Source: Marsupella aquatica (taxonomy: Eukaryota; Plantae; Marchantiophyta). From it: a DNA stretch of 64,000 bases. The notes beneath the pieces were generated by a model. That model was given only the letters and a program-made list of their open reading frames with translations, made no database searches and was not told the origin of the DNA. The stretch covers positions 8,991,839 through 9,055,838 of the forward strand of contig OZ316893.1 in assembly GCA_973895155.1 (NCBI GenBank). The letters run 5' to 3'. The stretch's first letter is position 1; every line of letters begins with the position of its first letter. Positions 49,675 to 61,735 of the stretch are shown in pieces. A program made the translations under genes and the position numbers.

Positions 49675-52600
49675 ATGGCCATGGGCGACGCGACCAAGAT
49701 CTCTTTTTCAGATAGCGACAAACTAGTAGGAGCACACAACTACACTGTGTGGTCCTTCTATGTTGAGCAAATCTTGAGAGAGAAAGATCTATCGGAGATC
49801 ATTGACCCCACCATCAACATACCTGCGTCACCAGCTGGAGGAAGCACTGTTGCACAGCAGCAAGCTCCCTCACAAGCACAAAGCGCATCTTCGTCTGGAG
49901 GACACACGGCTCAGCAGCAGCCTACGGCTACACAGCCTATGGCTACACAGCCTATGGCTACACAGCCTACGACTACACCCTCCGGAAGCACATTCAAAGA
50001 ATCCAGTCGACATCCAGAAGCAGAAGGAAAGGGTAATCATTATCCTTACCAAGACTGTCAATTACTCGATCATTCCTATTGTTAGAAGACTTCGTAGTGA
50101 TCCTGCCAAGCTCTGGGCAACCTTGAAGCAGAAGTACGAGTCCTCAGTAGTCCAACGTAAGCTAGATCTGAAGACGGCGCTCATTGAAGCTCGTCTGAAC
50201 GAGGGATCCTCAGTGGAGGAATACCTCAAGAAGATTGAATACCACGTGATGGAGCTAGGCAGCATAGGAGAGGAAGTCGATGATAAGGAACTAATTCAGA
50301 TTGTGTTGAGAAACTTGCCTGAAAGCTGGTCTGCGTTCAATCAGCTTATGGTGTCATGTATGCCAAGGATCCATTAGCCACTTTTGCAGATTTGGAGGAA
50401 TATCTGCAAGCTGAAGAGTTTCGTCGCAAGCCACGTATCGAAGGTGGCGAGCAGTCTTTGCTTGCATTTACTCACCAGCAACGTGGAGATGGAGGCAGAG
50501 GCCATCGTGGACGAGGCAGAGGGCGCCATGATTGAGGGAGACAGGAGCGAGGCTATGAAGGTGGAGCAGATAGGCGCAACTGCAACTTCTGTGGCAAGCG
50601 AGGCCATTGGGAAGCAGACTGCTTCATCAAATCAGCTGACAGCGAGATCAAGACAATGTCTGTTTCTCAGTTGAAGGACCTGCACTCCAAGATCAAAGAT
50701 ATTAAAGCTGCCCCTGGATCCAAGGCATACTTTGCCAAAGGTGATATCAGGGACAACAACTCTGAGCTTGGTGAACCAAGTGAGCCCAATCCTGCACTCA
50801 CGATTGAAGCCATGCTTAGCAATCTTGACGCCACCTGTACCAATGATCAAACTTGGATTATCGATAGTGGAGCTTCAGCTCATATTAGTCGTGACAATCG
50901 TAGTCTTGGTAATTTGATCGGTAGTTCATCTACCTCCAACGTCCTAACGGCAAACGGCTCCAAAATGCCAGTCTCAGGATCCGGCTGTATTTCTCTCTCT
51001 AGGAATAAATCTATTCGTGATGTTCTGTACGTGCCATCTATCACAAGGAACCTACTTTCTGTCGGCAAGTTCACTGATCAAGGTCACCAAGTACTATTTG
51101 ATTCAAAAGGCTGCTATGTATTTGATCCAAATAGGCCCTCACAACCTTATCTCAAGGGCTATAGAGATCCCCGTAGCAGACTATACAAGTTGAAACTGCC
51201 AATTCTCTCCCCAGGAAAGAATCTAGTGACCACAAAATTGGTACATCCAAAAATGGCCACTCAGTGTCATCTAGTTGAATCGGGATTGTCTCTGTCTGAA
51301 CTATGGCATGAAAGGTTGGGACACTCCAGTCATCAATGCATCAGCCACATGACCAGGAACAAATTGATCACAGGAGCACCATCGACTCTACCACACTGCA
51401 CGAAGGTCTGTGAAGTTTGCATGAAGGGCAAGCAGCCTCGTCACCGCATACCCAAGGTGGCAACCTTTCGTTCAACAAAACCCTTGGAATTAATTCACAC
51501 AGATCGATCATTGTGGACCTTTGCCTGTTGTCTCTCTATCTGGGGCAAAATACTTCTGTCATGACGTTCACTGATGACTTCTCTCGACACTCATGGGTCT
51601 TCTTTCTTAAAGCCAAAAGTGAAGCATTAGAAAAATTCAAATGTTTCAAGCAGGAGGTTGAGACTTCACTTGGTACAAAAATCACTTGCCTTCAAAGCGA
51701 TAGAGGGGGAGAATACATGTCTGATTTATTTAAATCATTCTGTCAACAACAAGGGATACGTAGGCAGCTCACTACAACACTTACCCCTCACCAAAATGGA
51801 GTAGCGGAATGAAGAAATCGCACCCTTCTAGATATAGTAAGGAGTCTCTCTATCAGATCAAACTTTCCTGCTTTCCTTTGGGAGGAGTTAGTCAAGATGG
51901 CCAACTACATCAACAATCGGTGCAGCACCCGTGCTTTAAATTTGTCCACCCCTACGGAATGTATTATTGCTACCAAACCAGACGTCAGCCACTTTTGGAT
52001 TATTGGAAGCATAGCATATGTCCACGTGCCCAAAGAAATGCGGAACAAACTCCAATCAAGATCAATTCGCACCATACTGGTAGGCTATGATGATCATAGC
52101 AAAGCCTATTGATGTTTTGACCCAGCTTCACGTAAGATTCTTATCTCCCGAAATGTGGTGTTTGATGAATCTACAAGAGGGGATTTCTCAAAAGACTCAG
52201 CGCATCCACAGGAAAGCATACTCGACATGTTTCCATTTGATGATGAACCAGTGAGCCAACCACCTACAATCGATTCTACACCGACAGTCTCAACTACTGC
52301 TCCAGCTGCTCCCCCGCCACCAATGGAGCAGCGAGTGGAGCAGCTCACAACAGAGGGCCCGACTCTCATTGATGACCCACAACCCGAGTCCAATCTGGAT
52401 TTTCATACTCCCGATGCCATTGACAACTCACAGCTTGCTCCTGTACCACGCCAATCAGACGTGCACGTCAACGTGCATCCCAACGACTTCTCCAGCGAAC
52501 ACGCCCTCCATCAAGTAGGATCACGTCTCACCCGTATTGGTTATTTGACTTCACATCTTACCTATCTGAAACTACTGAGCATCTCTTCTCGGCGCTCCTT

Positions 52601-54210
52601 GCTGACTCCTCTAATGATATCACTATTGAGGATGCCTTGTCTGATCCTTGTTGGACGGAAGCAATGCAAAACGAGATGAATGCTCATCTCAAAAACGGCA
52701 CTTGGGATCTAGTCAATCTCCCATCAGGAGAGAAAGCGCTCTCTGCAAGATGGGTCCTCCGAGAAAAACTTGATGCAGTCGGGAACATTAAATTCAAAGC
52801 AAGGGTAGTAGCAAGAGGTAATGAACAACGAGAGGGCTTAGACTACGAGGAAACATTTGCTCCAGTAGTGAAGTGGTCAACAGTTAGGCTAATTGTCGCA
52901 CTTGCAGCAGCACTTGGTTGGCCCTTATCACACATGGACGTAGTTACAGCCTTCCTCAACGGGACTCTCAAAGAAAAAATCTATATGAGGCAGCCACCAG
53001 GATTTCTAACTCCGGGTCTAGAGAAACTCGTCTGCAGACTCAAAAAATCAATCTATGGACTTAAGCAAAGTCCTCGAGCTTGGTACAAAGAAGTAGACTC
53101 ATTTTTACAATCCATAGGATGCATACGCAGCTCCCTAGATCCCAACTTATACATACTACACCAGGATGGAAAGATCGCCATTATACTGCTATTTGTTGAC
53201 GATCTTCTAATCACAGGCAACGGAACACATCTTATAGAACAACTAAAGCAACAACTTAAGGCAAAGTATGAGATGAAGGATTTAGGGGAAGCAAAAAGGT
53301 ATCTAGGCTGGTGTTGATTTCCTTGTCACCGATAAGGGGATTCTACTACATCAAAAACATTACTCTGAGCAGCTTGTCCTCGATCAAGGAATGGACAAAT
53401 GCAAGCCTGTAGGCACACCTCTACCAGAAGGTCTCGAGTTGTCTACTGAAACCAATACTCCAGACATCGACTCCATGAGCTACTGCCAGCTGGTAGGAAA
53501 ACTCATATATCTAACCAATACACGACCCGATATCTCCTTCTCAATCGGACTAGTCAGTAGGTTCATGAGTCAGCCCCAGCAAGCTCATCTAGACGCTGCC
53601 ATGCACATTGTGCGCTACATTAGTGGGACACTAGATTTAGGAATATTCTACAGCAGAGACAACATGCTCAACTTGGAAGGCTTCACCAACTTTGATTGGG
53701 GAAACTCCTGCCCAGATACACGAAGATCAACCGGTGGATACATTTTTAAGCTATCACAGGGTCCCATCACCTGGAGCAGCAAGAGACAACCAACCGTATC
53801 TCGATCAACCACAGAAGCGGAGTATAAGGCACTTTCGGATTGTGCCCAGGAAGGAGTTTACCTCAAACGACTACTTGAGGAACTACGAGGTGATCACTCT
53901 CCCGCTACCAAGGTAAATTGCAAAAGCTCAGAAGTTGCAATGGACCTCAAGAGTGCTGCAATTCCGACTCTTCAAGACTTGCATTTGCAATGTGACAACA
54001 TGAGCGCTGTTAAGCTTGCCAAAAATCCAGTCTTCCACTCAAGAACCAAGCATCTCGAAATTCATCATCACTTTGTACGAGAGAGAGTCCTTGAGGGAGA
54101 ACTTTCAGTACACCATATCAAGACATAAGATCAGATCACAGACATTTTGACTAAATCTCTGTCAAGGACAAAATTTCTCAGGAATTAATAGAGATATATT
54201 AGGAATGAGG
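49675..54210 (+). pseudogene. Disrupted gag-pol of Copia element 2
   Basis: KLVGAHNYTVW, CNFCGKRGHWEADC, WIIDSGASAH, LWHERLGH, QSDRGGEY, KARVVARG, LFVDDLLI, CDNMSA; frameshifts near 49990, 50345, 51505, 52550 and 53310; stops at 51810, 52110 and 54126. Confidence 0.95.
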
Positions 54211-54338
54211 ACAGTAGCCGAACTACTACCTCGACAACATACATCTCCTTCATAACAGAGCACTTGATCACCACCTAGCAAAACTCAAATAGAAGAGAAC
54301 AAAATCTCTCGCTATAGATAGTCTATCTACACCTCAGC

Positions 54339-54794
54339 TTAGCGACCCCTAGCCTGCTCCCGTGTTAAGTACAGTTTGGCCTCTCTCTGAATCCTGAATG
54401 ACTTGTGCTTATTTCCTCGGAAGCCACTCACTAAGGGCTCTACAACCTCCCATGACGTATAGATTCCTGGGCGACGTCCTCTCGCCACTGCATAGAATTG
54501 CTTGGGCAATTCCTCCGACAATTCTTGAGCTCCACCCAGCTCCTCACTTTTCCATACAGGAGCGCTCGGCTCTACTGGTTTTGATGCTACTCCAACTCTT
54601 ATCGAATCACCTGCTGGTGGCTCAGACGTCTCTCCCGGCTCCCCACCAGGGGGAGATCCATCTGCCCCGGATGCACCACCATGATTGCACACCAAGTAGT
54701 CATATACGCTATGGGAAAGAGCGGATACAAATCCCAACAGCGAAAGAATGAGATGCATCGCTGACTCCTTCAATGTCACCTGTTCCCGTGCCAT
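54339..54794 (-). CDS. Antisense accessory ORF of Copia element 2 with a C-terminal RNase H1 hybrid-binding (Cauli_VI/viroplasmin-type) domain
   Basis: Open frame 54884-54339; ATG at 54794 in GCCATGG context; C-terminus KQFYAVARGRRPGIYTSWEVVEPLVSGFRGNKHKSFRIQREAKLYL (about 54503-54366) fits the RNase H1 N-terminal consensus FYAV..GR.PG.Y..W......V.GF.G..(F/H)K.F....EA. Confidence 0.85.
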   Translation of the reverse strand: MAREQVTLKESAMHLILSLLGFVSALSHSVYDYLVCNHGGASGADGSPPGGEPGETSEPPAGDSIRVGVASKPVEPSAPVWKSEELGGAQELSEELPKQFYAVARGRRPGIYTSWEVVEPLVSGFRGNKHKSFRIQREAKLYLTREQARGR

Positions 54795-54945
54795 GGCTAG
54801 CGACCGCACGTCTGCGTGCTGTCTTGCACTTGCTATATGTCCATTCCCTGGATAAAGTACGCTCAGACATGTGGGTTTGTTCATTGAGTCTAAAGTTTAC
54901 ACCATTCGCCTTTAGATATCACAGCGAGCCACGGTCGAGGGGGAG

Positions 54946-55251
54946 TGTTGGAACTACGTCAGTATTGTCGGCTGCTGGCTCCCTTTGGCTCACTGACAAA
55001 TGCAGCCGCGATACCGGCTGTCTAGGAATCGTTGTTTAGTTGGTGGGCAGTCTGTCCCAGATCCACTTTTGATCAGTCTGACTGCGCCCCATTTAGTCTA
55101 TCCTAACTGTCATTAACGTCGTTAATCAGGGAATCATCCCTGTCGGGTATCGGGCGCTGGTCTCTCCCGCTCCCCTCCCGTTACTGTATTTAAGCACCTT
55201 GTGCTCTTGGTCTAAATCAAGTTTCTATCGCATCATTAGAAAACTTCCACA
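54946..55251 (+). repeat. 3' LTR of Copia element 2
   Basis: Direct repeat of 49310-49615, preceded by the PPT. Confidence 0.97.
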
Positions 55252-57207
55252 GTTTATGCATGCGCGTGAAAGCAATAGCCTGTACTCTGTCTTACCATTG
55301 TAACACAGACAGATGTCCATGGTTACTTGTAAGTAATCAGGCCATGAATTTATTGAGAAACGATAGCATCGTAGGTTTTGCTTCTGCTTAATTAGATTGT
55401 TCAATCTTTGAATTCATTTTTTCACAGTTGCTCCATGCAGCTGACAGTTTCCATCAACTTTTCTTTGCAGCAAGAAGTTAATGAGTCAATATGTCAATCC
55501 ACAACAAAATTTGGGAGTGCTATGATACATTAGAAAGATCTTGTCAATCCGCTTCAAAAGAATCCAACATCGAAGATTTTAGTTTAGATTTGAATGAGTT
55601 ACAATGAATCAAAATTTTCAGATTTTCGCGACCTTTTTCCCGGCTGCAAATTTTGATTTCAAATTTCTGAGTCAAATCACAATGAAAGTCACATACAATA
55701 TAGCATCGGAAAGATCTTGGAGAGACGGTCCTAATGAGCTCAGGATTGTCACCATTCGTTAAGAATTTAATAAATAATTTGAAAATTAGATTTACCGGTG
55801 ATGTCATAACGTAAATAGAAATCTGTCTAAGTTTTTTTTAAGAGTTCTGTTGTTTTTCTGGGCTGCCTTGTAGATCTTTCTGGGCTACGTTGTGTATCCT
55901 CTATTGTCTTTTCTGGGCTACTTTACTTTTTCAGTGTGTAAAGTCCATGAAGGACTCGAGATTCATCCCCTCGGTTCATCGTCCACTTCAGAAAAAACAG
56001 AAGAAGAAAAAACCAATCCCGGTAGTTGTCTCCTTCTACAGACTTTCACAGACTTGCAAATCAGGTTAAGCCCGAGACTGTGCTTCAAAATTGAGTGAAA
56101 GCTGAATGTAAAGGTAAAAAATAGTTACTCATGGGCAAATGGGCAGGGGCAGGCAAATGGGCAGGGGTAGTGTTTACCTGCTTGAAAAGTGACGAGGGGG
56201 AATGCCTGGCTGGATGGGAAAACGGGGGTTCCTTCCGATGGCTTTGTGGGGGAGAATCGAGGCATATTAAATGCTTTAGCAGGGACTTGTCTCCGTGAAT
56301 GGACAGATCTTCCCAAACCTATTAGAGTCAACCCATAAAGTGTCTTCCATTGGACAAGATGAAGATATTTAAGTCAATGTGGAAGTTAGGGGTTGCCTTC
56401 ACAAATTATTAAATGTTCTCAAAATATTTTGCCCTTTTGAATTTGAGTTCCTTTGCTTCCATTAGGAGCAATTGAACTAACACACTTTGCATTATGTACT
56501 CTCATCAAAGTGTATTCACTAGAATAAACAATTTATATATACAACAATTGATAACAACATTAAATTGTTACACACTTTCTTATAGGCTTTCCCATCAAGT
56601 ATCCTGGCCACATGCTAAATCCATGTGCAATTGCATCTTTTTTTAAGCACACTCTATCTTGTAGTGATAATATGTCACATTAGAGAATGTCCACTATAGA
56701 TCCCCTCTATGCCAAAGATGCACAATGACATCTCAACATTTGATATCCCTTACTGTACCTCACACCACTACAATGTCATCCAGATTGCATGCAAACTATA
56801 ATGAAAAGATACTGAGCTTCCCAAAAACCCCCAATATGATAGATTCCCCCAAACCTCATTACCGACAGAAGCCGTCATGACAGAATGTGAAACAATGAAC
56901 ATTTGGACCAAGTTATGTGAGGACAATTCAATAATGAACATCTGAAGACATAACACATATTGTCTTCACATCATTTTTGAAATCCTCGGTCATCGCCGTC
57001 ACGGCACGGCCAACCTTAAACCAAGTTGCTAGCCCAAGCAGAAAAAATAGGCTTGGGGAAGAATGATTAAAGAGAGTCAAAATCAGGAAGAACCATTAGA
57101 TGTCCGTCAACAGAGTTAATTAATCCAACCTAGCCTAGCCTAGCCTAGCAAAGCAATCCAATGGAGCCACTGCAAACCAATCTTTTAAATGACAATTCAA
57201 ATCAAGC

Positions 57208-57420
57208 CCCTTGGGCCTTACTTGGATGTAATTCATAGAAAGGGATGGTGCAAACACTACAAGCCAGGGTAATTTAAACCAATGTTGTCCTAATTATTAG
57301 TAATCATTACAATAACAAGAGATTTTTTTGTGGGGGAAAAGATGCAACAATGGGTAAAAATGGGAGGGTTGGTTTGCAATTAGGTTTCATCATACTTACA
57401 AAATTGAGGGCCCAAGGATT
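57208..57420. mobile_element. Decayed MITE with 8-bp TSD
   Basis: AATCAAGC at 57200-57207 and 57421-57428; imperfect TIRs CCTTGGGCC / GGCCCAAGG; the paralogous empty site has a single AATCAAGC at 33254-33261. Confidence 0.8.
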
Positions 57421-58644
57421 AATCAAGCCACAAGGAAATAGTGAACCACAATCCAATTAGCCAACGAGAAATAAACAAGGTGCATGAGGGAGAAATAATG
57501 ACTAAGTAAACTTTTAAGACAGTTAAGAGGAAACCCTTGGGTGTCTCACTATATGTGTTTAGGGTTTAGGGTTTATGGTGTATATATCACCTGTGTCATT
57601 TTAGGTCTCGGACTCCCCAATATTTTTATTAAAAAAATTAACCCCTATTAAACTGGAAGATTCTTGAAATATTCCAAAAATTGGATAACAAAGACCCTAG
57701 TGTTCTTGTAAGTCTCAAAATTGGATTTAACAGACCCTATTGTTCTTCTGAGAAAATTCTTAAGTCTTCCTTTAGAACCAATAAAACAACCTATCTTTTG
57801 TTTCATATGATATGCCATTTTCTGGAAGTGAAACCCCTGAGAGGAAACCTAGAAGCGGGCCTACAAGCAAAGCTAAAGATTGCAAGAAATGGAAGACTTT
57901 GATGGAGAGGATCAAGAAACACGATAAATTGTGAAAAGAATGAAATGCCAATTAAACCAAAACAATGAAAAATTAGAACAAGGGACAGAAGCCAAGCAAT
58001 TGACCAAATAAGAAAAGGGATGCCAAAGACTAGAAGCCGAAACATAGAAGAAAAAAATAGACTTGAGCTGAATCTTCGAGCAAAACACCAATCTTTGTTC
58101 AATTAATTGGGTAAAGCATGAGGACAACATAAATTACTACCCTTCAGAGCAAGAAACCACACTGTCAAGGGCAGAACTAAGCCCGGAATGGAGTACAAAT
58201 TTCCCACCCACCCACTAGCTCACATAGAGACTCAGAATCAACCTTTCCTGGCTCCCTTAATCTTTGAGACCCGCACCAGTGGTATAGGCCCTGGCCTGGC
58301 ACCAAGCACAACGTTAAGGCTCAGGCAGCAAGTTGTGGGCAGTAGGCATACATATTTTAACAATGCAATAGGGGGTTTCAAAGCTGGGTAGTTGTTGAAA
58401 GTTATGGATTTGTGATTCATGCATCTTGTAACTCTGGTTAACTATGGGATCTAGTTAAGGCCCGAGTTAAGGAATTATTCAATGGGGCCAAGAGGTATTA
58501 TTGACCCGCCCCATAAGCTAGGCATGAGTAATGGCCTCACCTTTGTCTAATAGCATAAGTTGTTTTCCTTCATTCTCGACTAGCCGCCACCTCAAATGCA
58601 GTAGCCATGATCACATCCTAGGTACACAACTTTTGTATACTAGG

Positions 58645-58884
58645 CAGGGGTCTACATTTTTTATATGGAATACAAAGTTGGCTATACAAAATTATTAAAA
58701 TTTGAAAAAACCCTGGGTTTTCCACTTAAAATTTTTTTCAAGTCATATAAAAGGTTTGGTTCTCTTCTTTTTCCATATGAAATTAAAAAATATTCCTTTA
58801 TGTGTTGTAGTTTTAAATATTAAAATATTTTTAAAAATTTAATAAAAATCCTAAAAAGATATCTAGTTTGGGTGTAGACCCCTG
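58645..58884. mobile_element. hAT-like MITE, 240 bp
   Basis: Perfect 12-bp TIRs CAGGGGTCTACA / TGTAGACCCCTG around an AT-rich core; no clean TSD. Confidence 0.6.
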
Positions 58885-59902
58885 TATTAAAAAAATCCAT
58901 GTAATTTGGTTTTGATCAACTTTTTATACATCAAAACATGTTCAGATTTGTTTTTTAAGTTACATTTTTGGATTCCTTGAGTTAAAAGGTACAAGACTTT
59001 AGTAGACTAAAATGAAATCTAAGATGGTCTAAGGATATAAGGCCATTATAAGGAATTAAAAACTTGTTTTATAAAAAGGGGAGTTGCATGCCCGGGGATC
59101 ACGTCGGGCACAAAGCTGACATGCCTTCAGTTGTGGCTTTCTGGAGTTCTGGCTTTTCTGGATTTGCACCTAAAGTTGCAGGAAAGTCACAGTCAAGTGT
59201 TAAGCCTTTGGGACTTCCGTATGGTAGCCAAAGATCAGCTTCCATAACTTTAACGAGAGAGTTCCCGTAATACTTGAGTTACTGGAGGGCCTTGTCTAGC
59301 CAAGCTTTGAGATGCCCTACTAAAAGCACCGGCCTCGACTTGTCACCCTGACTTTTGGGGATAAGTTTTAATTGAGAAAAAAAGGTTGTCAGTGACATAC
59401 GGTGTACCAAATTCTTAGATTTGCCTACTTGGATTAATCAAGAATTATGTTAATTGTAATTAAAGCTATCAAAGGACACGTTGATCTAATAATGATGCAA
59501 GTGGTGTCTCTTGAGTCTTGAGAGATTCTTTGGCCTCAACATTGTTGATCCTCCTTTGATAGGGAGGGGTCATGGTATACACTGAATTGGATAGATGGGT
59601 AGAAGGAGGAATGTATAGTCCCATTTGAGAGAATTGATTCACCCAAATGAGTTATAGGTACAAGGCAAACTACAGACTTACTTAGCATAGTTGTCTGCAT
59701 GTCACCCAGGCAATTAAATTACAACAAGGGAACGGATTATATATATTGAGATTTTATCATCTCAACACAATTCTTGATAAATTGTGACCTGTATGTTATT
59801 TGAGACAAAGTTAACCTTTGAAGCCCTCTGACTGCTATTGTTTGTATTTTTCTTGTTGGGAATATGTCAATTTGACTGAGTGGAATTAATACAGCTTTTG
59901 TA

Positions 59903-61735
59903 ATGGCGGTTCCTTTGCGTGTATCACGATTGCAAGTTGACAAGAAAGGCAAACGTGTGGCTGATAAGTATGATGCAAATGGACAAGAATCATCTGAAAA
60001 ATCAGGTGCAAATGGTTCAAAATCACCTGAGCTTGTGAGCTTGGAGAATTGGAGGGAGAGGTTACCAGAGGAGATGCGAAAGGCTGGTGCGCAGAAATTG
60101 TAAGAATGTCAGTGCAGAAATCATGTACGTTCAAATTAAGGGGTGACGTCATGTGACAAGTACATGGGGTAAAAAGGGTAGTTCAGGTTCATTAAACATG
60201 CGAGAATTCTATCTAGCCTGGAAAAATGGGAAACATAATTTTGGAGCCTTGAAACAGTTTGTCAGGTACCCGGCAATCAAACAGCGTAATACACACACAG
60301 TCTGTTAGCAATTATGATAGAATAAGGCGTCTTCTATTTCTTAATTTAAAATCAGTCTGATCAACCTGCAATTTTCTACCTCAGTCTACCAAGCACAATA
60401 TTAAGACCGGGATTATTTAACACTTTTGTCTATCATTGACAATCATCTACGGAAAATTAAAACATGAAGTCAGAACATATTACCTAGTATCTCATTAATT
60501 GAAGAAACTAGCCTCTGATCGAGCCCCTTGCTACAACTTTAATTTAAAGTTTTAAATGATGTCTCAGTTTGATGACACTCTAAGGGCCAGGTTCCATGGG
60601 CCAGGGGTAGGGAGTACGGTCACTCCCTCTGACATCCCCTAGGGCCCAACTACATTGTATGCCAAGGTGTATACAGTATTTTAAATGTATGAATTTTGAC
60701 TCAGGAGCCAATGAGAATGCCCTATACTATTCTTATACAGGGGCAGGGGGTACGCCTGAATTTTAAGAGGGAGTGTGAGGGAAAATCATACTCCTTGATA
60801 CAATATTTGTACACCCCTCAGTCCCTGGAAAAGCTGCAATCTTATTGGCTTACAAATTCTAACAGCATCCGCACTCCTTACTCCCAGCCCCATGGAACCT
60901 AGCCCTAATACAGTTGTTCCGAACCCACCCACATTCTCTCATCCCCCTAAAAATCTATGTCATGCATACAGCCAAAACATAAACCGAGGCAGTCAATCTA
61001 TTCATTAAAAGTGAATTATTATTCAATTTATGAACATTTGGGTAACAAAAAATGTACATTTGGCTTTCAAAAAGTGTACAATTGGACAAAAAATAAAGAT
61101 GCTTGCCATCAAATGTACCACCATGTTCATTCTTTGTAAATGAACTAGGATGAGACTCCTTCTAGTAAAGATCATTTTTGCACACTCAAGTTTACAATTG
61201 ATATTTAGGTGTAGAGTAGTATACTATATTGTACCTTTTGGGGTTAAAAAGTGTACATTTGAAGACCAAAAAGTGAACATTTAGAGGCCTAAAAGTGAAC
61301 AAAATAAAATACATTTTAATGAATAAAGTGAACCACATATTGTTAAATTTATTTGGTTTGTAGATCATAAATATAGCACTTGTAATGGTTTATGTTCTGG
61401 TGTATGGAGTGTATTAACTTGACACAGATTGAAGGCACATATATTTTGTAGTTCTGGATATTCATCCACTATTCAGATTACTGTAAGTATTTTTTTGCTT
61501 GCTAAACTGTTATTTATAGAACCATAAGCAATACAGGCTGAACTTAGCCTGAAATCAATTTGGTGACTGAGATAACTGATAATTTGACAGCTTTTTGTAC
61601 CTATTGAGAGAATCTAAACCCACATTCTTTCTCCCAAACAGATTTGACTTAACATGCATAGGGGTTGCTGACGATGATGTTTACAAATCTGCTTTGGCGG
61701 TGGAGGATGAGGTCTATATGGATGCTACAAGCTTG
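59903..61735 (+). CDS. KIX-domain (MED15-like) gene or gene fragment; exons 59903-60099 and 61642-61735, remainder not found
   Basis: ENWRERLPEEMRKAGAQKL|GTAAG joins in phase via TTCTTTCTCCCAAACAG to FDLT..VYKSALAVEDEVYMDATSL|GT, resembling plant KIX DWR..L....R......KI ... A..FEE.IY..ATS. Confidence 0.5.
60584..60905. mobile_element. Tourist/PIF-Harbinger-like MITE, 322 bp
   Basis: TIRs GGGCCAGGTTCCATGGG..GGAGTACGG and CCGCACTCC..CCCATGGAACCTAGCCC; TAA at 60581-60583 and 60906-60908. Confidence 0.88.

Larger units (their letters stand above)
49310..55251 (+). mobile_element. Full-length degenerate Ty1/Copia LTR retrotransposon with an extra antisense ORF
   Basis: 306-bp LTRs at 49310-49615 and 54946-55251 (7 transitions counted); perfect TSD GTTTA; PBS TGGTATCAGAGC at 49616-49627; PPT GAGGGGGAG at 54937-54945. 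Confidence 0.98.
49092..56300. mobile_element. Non-autonomous long-TIR DNA transposon (MULE-like), host of the nested Copia element 2
   Basis: ATTCACGGATAAGAGTCCCTGCTAAAGCATTTAATATGCC at 49092 is inverted at 56261-56300, with weaker similarity extending ~150-180 bp; flanking direct repeat GGACAGAT at 49084-49091 and 56301-56308. Confidence 0.85.

Noticed and set aside
60960-61365. Weak inverted similarity (TATTCATTAAAA / TTTTAATGAATA) suggesting another MITE
   Set aside because: AT-rich, with termini and TSD not definable.
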